Positions 42,999 through 48,986 of a stretch of 48,986 nucleotides of DNA are shown here, in pieces. The notes under the pieces are model-generated. The model saw nothing but the letters and a program-made list of their open reading frames with translations, did no database searches and was not told the DNA's origin. The DNA comes from an uncultured delta proteobacterium. Its GTDB lineage: Bacteria > Desulfobacterota > Desulfobacteria > Desulfobacterales > QNYZ01. Position 1 is the stretch's first letter. The number at the start of each line of letters is the position of its first letter. The position numbers and the translations under genes are program-made. The stretch lies in contig CAWJQU010000007.1 of assembly GCA_963845145.1 (NCBI GenBank), forward strand, positions 1 through 48,986, given 5' to 3'.

Positions 42999-43191
42999 CA
43001 ACTTCTCAATACTGAATACAAAAGAATGTGCGGATACGCTTCATCGGTCTGAAGGTGCCGTCCGTAATTTGGTATTGAGACGGAAAATTCCGTTTAGGAA
43101 GCCAGGTGGTCGGTTGGTCTTTATCCGAGAAGAAATACGACAATGGATATACAATTCTGAAGGGGTGCGGCCCGAAGATGTCAGGAAATAA
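42991..43191 (+). CDS. Excisionase/AlpA-like HTH DNA-binding protein
   Basis: ILNTKECADTLHRSEGAVRNLVLRRKIPFRKPGGRLVFIREEIRQWI is HTH_17-like. Confidence 0.85.
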   Translation: MDNNFSILNTKECADTLHRSEGAVRNLVLRRKIPFRKPGGRLVFIREEIRQWIYNSEGVRPEDVRK

Positions 43192-43816
43192 AAACAAGGG
43201 CTGGGGGTTCGGTAAGTGGACCCGTATCGAGATGGAGATGATCAAGTCACCTGCATTTGTGAACCTGAGTGGGTCGGCCCAATACCTGATGCTTTTATTT
43301 TTGATGAAACGGAGCCTCACGTTCCCCAAGGACCGTAAAAATGGCAAGGGCGCGATGGTGGTGGAAAATATAGACGATATCACGTTGACGTACAAAGAGC
43401 TTTTGGCCCCACCATTCAACTGGACGGTGCCGAGATTCACCAGGGCGAGGGACCAGCTAATGGCCCACGGATTTATAAGAATTGTACACCGTGGCGGCGC
43501 CTATAAAAAAGATAAAAATGTGTATGGGCTGTCTGACCATTGGAAGACCTGGACCCCAAAACACGATCCCATTTTTAAACGGAAGAGGGACTTACGCAGG
43601 GGGTTCCAAAAGAGGCAACCCCGTATTGAATTTTTTCAACATACGCCAGCGTTACCCATACGGCTTAGACACACATACGTTTGCGTTACCCATACGAGTT
43701 TTGACGAAATGACGGACAAGGCAAATAAAAACAAACGTTTAACCCATTTTCCCGAAATACCGCTTAGGGTAACGTTTGCGTATGCGTATCATGTAATACC
43801 ATGTAGGGGGTCGTGA
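43178..43816 (+). CDS. Putative replication initiator (winged-HTH) of the element
   Basis: EMIKSPAFVNLSGSAQYL...ITLTYKEL...FTRARDQLMAHGFI...NVYGL wHTH pattern; iteron-like repeats in its 3' part; follows xis. Confidence 0.6.
   Translation: MSGNKNKGWGFGKWTRIEMEMIKSPAFVNLSGSAQYLMLLFLMKRSLTFPKDRKNGKGAMVVENIDDITLTYKELLAPPFNWTVPRFTRARDQLMAHGFIRIVHRGGAYKKDKNVYGLSDHWKTWTPKHDPIFKRKRDLRRGFQKRQPRIEFFQHTPALPIRLRHTYVCVTHTSFDEMTDKANKNKRLTHFPEIPLRVTFAYAYHVIPCRGS
43639..43784. repeat. Iteron-like repeats CATACG-N4-CGTTACCC (two direct, one inverted)
   Basis: Copies at 43639-43662 and 43673-43696 (ACATACGnnnGCGTTACCCATACG) and an inverted copy at 43767-43784, flanking an A/T-rich spacer. Confidence 0.8.
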
Positions 43817-43912
43817 CCGACCCGATGGGGTTTAGGGTTTTCGAGGGTTTAAAGGGGCTTTGGGGTGTCGGCGGCAATTTTGGCCAAATCAACAACAAAT
43901 AGGAGATAAAAG

Positions 43913-44170
43913 ATGGACAACAAGGTATGTAAAAATTGTGACTATTGGACGGCTGGTGCTATTAATAAACCTACCTCGCAAGGACGGTGTCGCAGATACG
44001 CCCCCCCGGTAAATTTTGACAAACAACCGTATCCACAGTGGGCGATAACTAAACAAAACGACTGGTGCGGTGACTTCAGGCATACAAAAACCAAAAGCCG
44101 GAGAGATACCTGCGCCGATATTCATTTGAGGGCTTTAATGGCATCTTTTAGGCAATTTATATTCACATAA
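43913..44170 (+). CDS. Small Cys-rich phage-type protein
   Basis: AGGAG RBS; CKNCDYW...GRCRRYAPP...W...DWCGDF. Confidence 0.7.
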   Translation: MDNKVCKNCDYWTAGAINKPTSQGRCRRYAPPVNFDKQPYPQWAITKQNDWCGDFRHTKTKSRRDTCADIHLRALMASFRQFIFT

Positions 44171-44241
44171 TATGTAGAAAAACCTTTACATTACCGCTCA
44201 AAAGTGCAAGTTAAACATTAACAAATAATAATTGAACCCAA

Positions 44242-44604
44242 ATGGCCCAAAAAGCTAAAAAATTCTGTAAAAAATATCCATGTGGAACGCTCGTTCCGGC
44301 TGGTCAAACCTATTGCGAAAGCCATAAGCCTGAAACCGATTACAGGTCTGACCGGTTCTATCATTCGCACCTATGGACGAAATTTTCCCGATGGTTCAGG
44401 GCTGACCATCCATTATGCCAAGTGTGTTTGGATCATGGAGTCATTAAAGGCGCCGACATGGTGGACCATATCACCCCCTTAAGGGACGGTGGTGCCAAAT
44501 TGGATCTTGGGGACTTACAGAGCTTATGCAATTCATGCCACGGTAAAAAATCTATTGCTGAGCGCGGTCGGCGTGGCAAGCGGCCGGTTGTTTACAGTTA
44601 TTGA
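44242..44604 (+). CDS. HNH endonuclease (HK97 gp74-like packaging cofactor)
   Basis: HPLCQVC, VDHITP and LQSLCNSCHGKKS; directly upstream of the terminase. Confidence 0.9.
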   Translation: MAQKAKKFCKKYPCGTLVPAGQTYCESHKPETDYRSDRFYHSHLWTKFSRWFRADHPLCQVCLDHGVIKGADMVDHITPLRDGGAKLDLGDLQSLCNSCHGKKSIAERGRRGKRPVVYSY

Positions 44605-44673
44605 CAAAAAAATCATCGGAAACCTTCGACTCGAGACCGAGTGGAAATGCAGACATATAGTTAGATTGCAAAT

Positions 44674-46284
44674 ATGGGCAAAAGAGGACCAAAAACAGGC
44701 GCTGTAAAGGCCGCTGAGAGAACATCTAAACCAGCATGGAAGGGTGTGCCTCCTTGGGAAAAGCCGGGTCTTACCCGTGCTGAAAAGGTTGTCGCCTTTT
44801 GTGAAGTCCTGCCCATTACATCCGGGAAACTTGCCGGTCAAAGATTGAAACTGAGGCCGTGGCAAAGAGAAATCATTGAGGGCATTTACAAAGAGGTGGA
44901 TGGCAAGCGAATTGTCAGGACGGCGCTTTTAACGATGCCCCGAAAAATGGGTAAATCGGCCCTTGCCGCGGCGCTTGCCTTAGCACATTTGGTCGGCCCG
45001 GAATCTGAGCAACGGGGTCAGGTTTATTCGGCCGCTGCGGATCGTGAACAGGCTTCAATTATTTTCAGAGAACTGGAAGCTATAATTCTAAGCGTCCCCG
45101 AATTTGATGAACGGTGTAACATTAGGTTTTTCTATAAAGAGATTGTAGATTCAGTTACAGGTTCGATTTATAGGGCGATGTCAGCCGATGCCCGGAAAGC
45201 GCATGGGTTGAGTCCAAGTTTTATGGTGTACGATGAATTGGCCCAAGCCAGGGACCGCGAATTATACGATAATTTAACGACTGGAACCGGTGCCAGGGAA
45301 GAGCCGTTGATGGTCGTTATCAGTACCCAAAGCCCGAACCCCCATCATATCATGTCTGAATTGGTCGATTATGGCGAGGGAATCAATTAAGGTGTGTTAC
45401 CCCCCCACCCATCTTTTTTCGCCTCTATTTTTGCCGCCCCTGATGACGCTGACCCCTGGGATGAACAAACGTGGCATGATTGGCAATCCGGCCCTGGGTG
45501 ATTTCAGGTCATTGGAAGAGATGCGACAATTCGCGGGACAGGCACAGCGGATACCGATTAGGGAAAATGTGTTTCGGAACTGATATTTGAATCAAAGGGT
45601 GGATGCTACAAGCTGTTTTATCAATTCATCTGATTTTGATGCCTGTATCGGGGATATACCCGACCTTGCCGGCCGGGCTTTTATGGTGGTCTTGACCTGT
45701 CAAGTACCACGGACCTGAGCGCATTCGTTCTTTGCTTTCCCCCTGAAAATGATGAACCATATTACATCTTACCCTTTTGCTGGGTGCCTGGGGACAGTAT
45801 CAGGTACCGTAGCAAGACGGATAAGGTGCCATATGAGCAATGGGCGAAACAGGGATTCATTGAACCGATAGCGGGTTCCTGTATCGAGTACGGGCCGATA
45901 TTACAAAAAATTGATGAACTGGCCCAGCTATATGACATCCTGGGAATCTGTTTTGACCGCTGGGGCGCTCATTTAATCCGTCAAAATTTGGAAGATTCGG
46001 GAATGTCGGTCATTCAATTTGGGCAGGGATTCAAGGATATGTCGCCGCCCACAAAAGAATTATTAAAACTGATCCTGGAAAAAAAGATTGTTTTTCCTGA
46101 TAACCCGGTTTTGAAATGGTGTGTTGGCAATGTTGTCGTTGAAGAGGATGCCGCCGGGAACATTAAACCAAGTAAAAAGAAATCCGCTGAAAAAATCGAC
46201 CCATTTGTGGCCTGTATCATGGGGCTTGATGGTGCGATTCGAAACACTATGGAGAAAGTTCAACCACAGATAATGTGGATGTAA
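44674..46284 (+). CDS. Phage terminase large subunit (frameshifts and one in-frame TGA)
   Basis: LRPWQ, Walker A MPRKMGKS, Walker B VYDEL, VISTQ, NPALG, GLDLSSTTDLSA, FDRWGA and KIDPFVA. Confidence 0.93.
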
Positions 46285-46327
46285 AAAATTTAACTTTTCC
46301 CGAATAGCTATCGGGGGAACCAGGACA

Positions 46328-46377
46328 GAAGGGGCCAATGCGGTGGCCGCATCCACTGCATTTGGCCCTTTTTGTTT
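46328..46377 (+). terminator. Intrinsic terminator-like hairpin between terL and the protease-capsid gene
   Basis: GGGGCCAATGCGGTGG...CCACTGCATTTGGCCCT followed by TTTTGTTT. Confidence 0.65.
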
Positions 46378-46391
46378 GTAAAGGAGCAAAA

Positions 46392-48094
46392 ATGGAAACA
46401 CGAAAATTTAAAATTGATGTTGGCAGTATTCGGGCCGATGCCCGGACGGTTGAAGCGACCTTATCCACAGAATATCCAGTAAAAAGGTTTGATGGGGAAG
46501 AAATCCTTTCCCATGAGCCCGATGCCGTTGATTTGAGTCGGTCGCCGCTGCCCTTAATCACTGCCCATGATGGGAGCAAACTCCCTGTGGGGATTGTCGA
46601 AAATCTTAGAATTATCGGCGGTAAATTGAAGGGTATCTTGCGGATTTCGGAGACCAAATGGAAATCTGGCGGGATATTAAGGACGGGATTTTGAAAAACC
46701 TGTCCATTGGCTATCAAATTACGAAACGAGAGAAAACAAAAACCGGATATCTGGCGACACGCTGGATGCCATACGAATGCTCGCTGGTAGCTGCCGGGGC
46801 TGATCCCTTGGCCGGTATCGGGCGATCATACAGAAAGGAAACAAATATGGATTATAATGACATTTTAAAAGCAAAAAAAAGAGCGATTGACGAAATGCAG
46901 GAACTTTCGATGACTGAAAATCTGTCTGACGATGAGTTTCAGAAATTTAATGACCTTAAAGGACAAGTCCTGAAATATGACCGGCGAATCGAAATGATGG
47001 ATGCGGTTCGGGATGGCAAGAAAAAGGAAACCCGCTTCGAGCCTGAGATTGACGATAAAAAGAACCGGGAAATGGACTTTGAGGGTGGTCCGGCGACTGA
47101 CAGAAGTTATGCCGGGATGTTCGGAAAAACGGATCTTGTTGTCGATGAAGATTGCCTTCGGGAATTTAGGGTCCAAGGAAGGCGTTTCGAGTTCTGGGGG
47201 CTTTGCCGTTCCAGAGCCATTAGCCGCTAAATGGCTGAATGACTCCCTACAATCTGAAATTGTGAGGCCCAGAGCGACTGTCTGGCCCATGACTTCATTG
47301 ACTCGTACCGTAGCCGGTTGGGATGGTTCCGACCAGAGCGCCGGGGAGTTTTTCGGCGGTTTTGCGATGGAGTTCAAAGGGGAGAATGGCACGTTTTCCA
47401 AACAGACCGGGAAACTTCGTTCGATTACCTTATCCGCAAACAAAGCGGGAATTTTCGTTGATGCTTCCAATGAAGTTATTGACGATGGTCAAGGGTTGGA
47501 TGCTCAGTTAAACATGGCAATTAAGAAGTCTATTCCCCTGGGGGTATGGATTACTATTTCCTGAATGGAACCGGTGCCGGGCAACCTGCCGGGATTTGTG
47601 GGGCGTCCTCTGCGGTTCAGGTGAGCAAAGAGGCTGGACAGGCCGCTGATACCATCGTTTATGAGAACATCGTAAAAATGTTCGCCCGGATGTACCCAGC
47701 TGGTCGGTCAAAAGCAATATTCATTTGCAACGAAACCTGCCTCCCGCAACTTCTGACGATGTCCTTGGCGATTGGTACAGCGGGATCGCATTTTCCGGTC
47801 CTGAACGATAACAACGGCAACCTCACCATGTTGGGAAGGCCGGTTGTCCTATCAAGTAATATGCCAGCCGTGGGCGATGAAAACGACATCATGTTCGTTG
47901 ATTTCTCCCAATATGCAATCGGGATTCGGAAGGATGTCAGGCTTGAAAAATCAAACATCCCCGGATGGACAGAAGACCTCATGAGTTATCGGGCTATTGT
48001 TAGATTTGACGGAATGCCGCAGTGGTCCGACGTTTGTACTCCCCGAAATGGCGATACGCTGTCGTGGGCGGTTGGTCTTAACGAGCGAGCATAA
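46392..48094 (+). CDS. HK97-type prohead protease fused to major capsid protein (frameshifted in assembly)
   Basis: Protease part: PLITAHD, LSIGY, YECSLVAAGADP. It continues in frame into a coiled-coil delta domain and then the capsid (SSGGFAVPE, NGTGAGQPAGI, MLGRPVV, FVDFSQYAIG, RAIVRFDG). Confidence 0.88.
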
Positions 48095-48116
48095 CCGGAC
48101 CCCCTTCCGGCGAAAT

Positions 48117-48155
48117 CCGGGCGCCCTGAATTAGTGCATGATTTGGGGTGTCCGG
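48117..48155 (+). other. Stem-loop between capsid and portal genes
   Basis: CCGGGCGCCCTGAAT...ATTTGGGGTGTCCGG pairs with G-U wobbles. Confidence 0.5.
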
Positions 48156-48184
48156 TGCTTAAACCCGAAATCCAAGGATTTAAA

Positions 48185-48986
48185 ATGAAACTTCGAAATT
48201 TATTTAGAAGACGCAAAAGAAATTGGGCGAATCTTGACGCCTTTCATAGTGCCGAAACAAGTTCAGGGGTCAAACTGACAGACCAGGTAATAATGGGCAT
48301 ACCGGCTGTATTTGCTTGTGTAAGGGTACTTTCCGAATCGATTGCATCCTTACCGTTAATAACCTATGAACGCCTGTCCGACGGCAATAAACGGCGCTCA
48401 CGGGACTTTTCTTTATATGGCATACTACATGATTCGCCTAATCCGTTGATGACGGCGTTTGAGCTTCGTGAGATGCTTGTCGGCCATCTGGCCTTGAGGG
48501 GCAATGCCTATGCCTATATTGAACGCGACCAGGGCGAGGTGGTGGCCCTATGGCCCCTTAATCCCGATAATGTGACCGTGGAAAGTCAGGGCTAAGGTGA
48601 TGAATATATACCCATGTTAGCAATGGCAACGAAAAGAAGTATCGTTCCGTTGATATTCTCCATATCCGTGGTTTGAATTGGGAGGGTATTATCGGCTTCA
48701 GCCCGTTGTCTGTTTTCCGTGATACTTTCGGCGCTGCCAAGGCGGTTGGGGATTACGCCGCGAACTATTTCAAAAACGATGCAAGCCCAGGCGGCATCTT
48801 GTCAACAGATGGTTCACTTGGGGATAACTTGGAGCAACTCCACAAGTCATTAGTTGTTGCAGCTTTAAAGGTCAGGGCAATAAGCATCGGGTTGCGATTT
48901 TGGATAATGGCTTGAAGTGGGAGGCCATCGGGCTTAGTCCTGAAGATAGCCAGATGGTGGACAGTCAAAAGTTTTCAGTGGTTCAG
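48185..48986 (+). CDS. HK97-family phage portal protein (partial, frameshifted)
   Basis: PAVFACVRVLSESIASLPL, SPNPLMTAFE, LRGNAYA, LWPLNP, DILHIR, GFSPL and FKNDASPGGIL. Confidence 0.93.

Larger units (their letters stand above)
42342..48986 (+). mobile_element. Integrated phage-satellite/prophage-like element at tRNA-Cys (continues past the window)
   Basis: Abrupt switch to phage-type genes (HTH/xis, rep-like, HNH, TerL, protease-capsid, portal) immediately after the tRNA 3' end. Confidence 0.85.

Noticed and set aside
42408..43790. CRISPR array
   Set aside because: The repeats are short, few and lack regular unique spacers; there are no cas genes.
45581..45583. Selenocysteine or recoded TGA in terL
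   Set aside because: The position corresponds to Leu rather than Cys, and TGA serves as a normal stop in other genes of the element.
46650..47560. Programmed frameshifts in the protease-capsid gene
   Set aside because: They cannot be told apart from the background indel errors, and they interrupt conserved domains.

Overview
Bacterial chromosomal window. The gene set (class II fba, xerC-hslVU-arg-dap block, sigma-54 promoter) suggests a deltaproteobacterium of the Desulfobacterales type; this is inference. Many genes, including coaBC and dapF, are broken by single-base indels in patches, most likely long-read consensus errors. Four parts. (1) 1-3180: AT-richer TAXI/TRAP transporter plus MBL hydrolase. 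(2) 3309-21959: the best candidate for an undescribed system. A minus-strand run encodes a secreted FGE-fold protein, an Npt/HEAT/cNMP-binding transporter, a GshB-like ATP-grasp ligase, a complete Opp/Dpp ABC importer, a class III cyclase with non-canonical specificity residues, and glgP. It is divergent from a GNAT fusion, a RimK ATP-grasp ligase and a PP-loop/CxxCxxC protein. (3) 22000-42341: small sigma-54-driven genes and housekeeping genes, ending in tRNA-Gly and tRNA-Cys. (4) 42342 to the window end: a compact phage-satellite-like element at tRNA-Cys. It has a MerR-like HTH, an excisionase-like HTH, a Rep-like gene containing iterons, HNH, TerL with no separate TerS, an in-frame protease-capsid fusion with an internal start, and a portal gene after the capsid. 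No integrase is present at this end.
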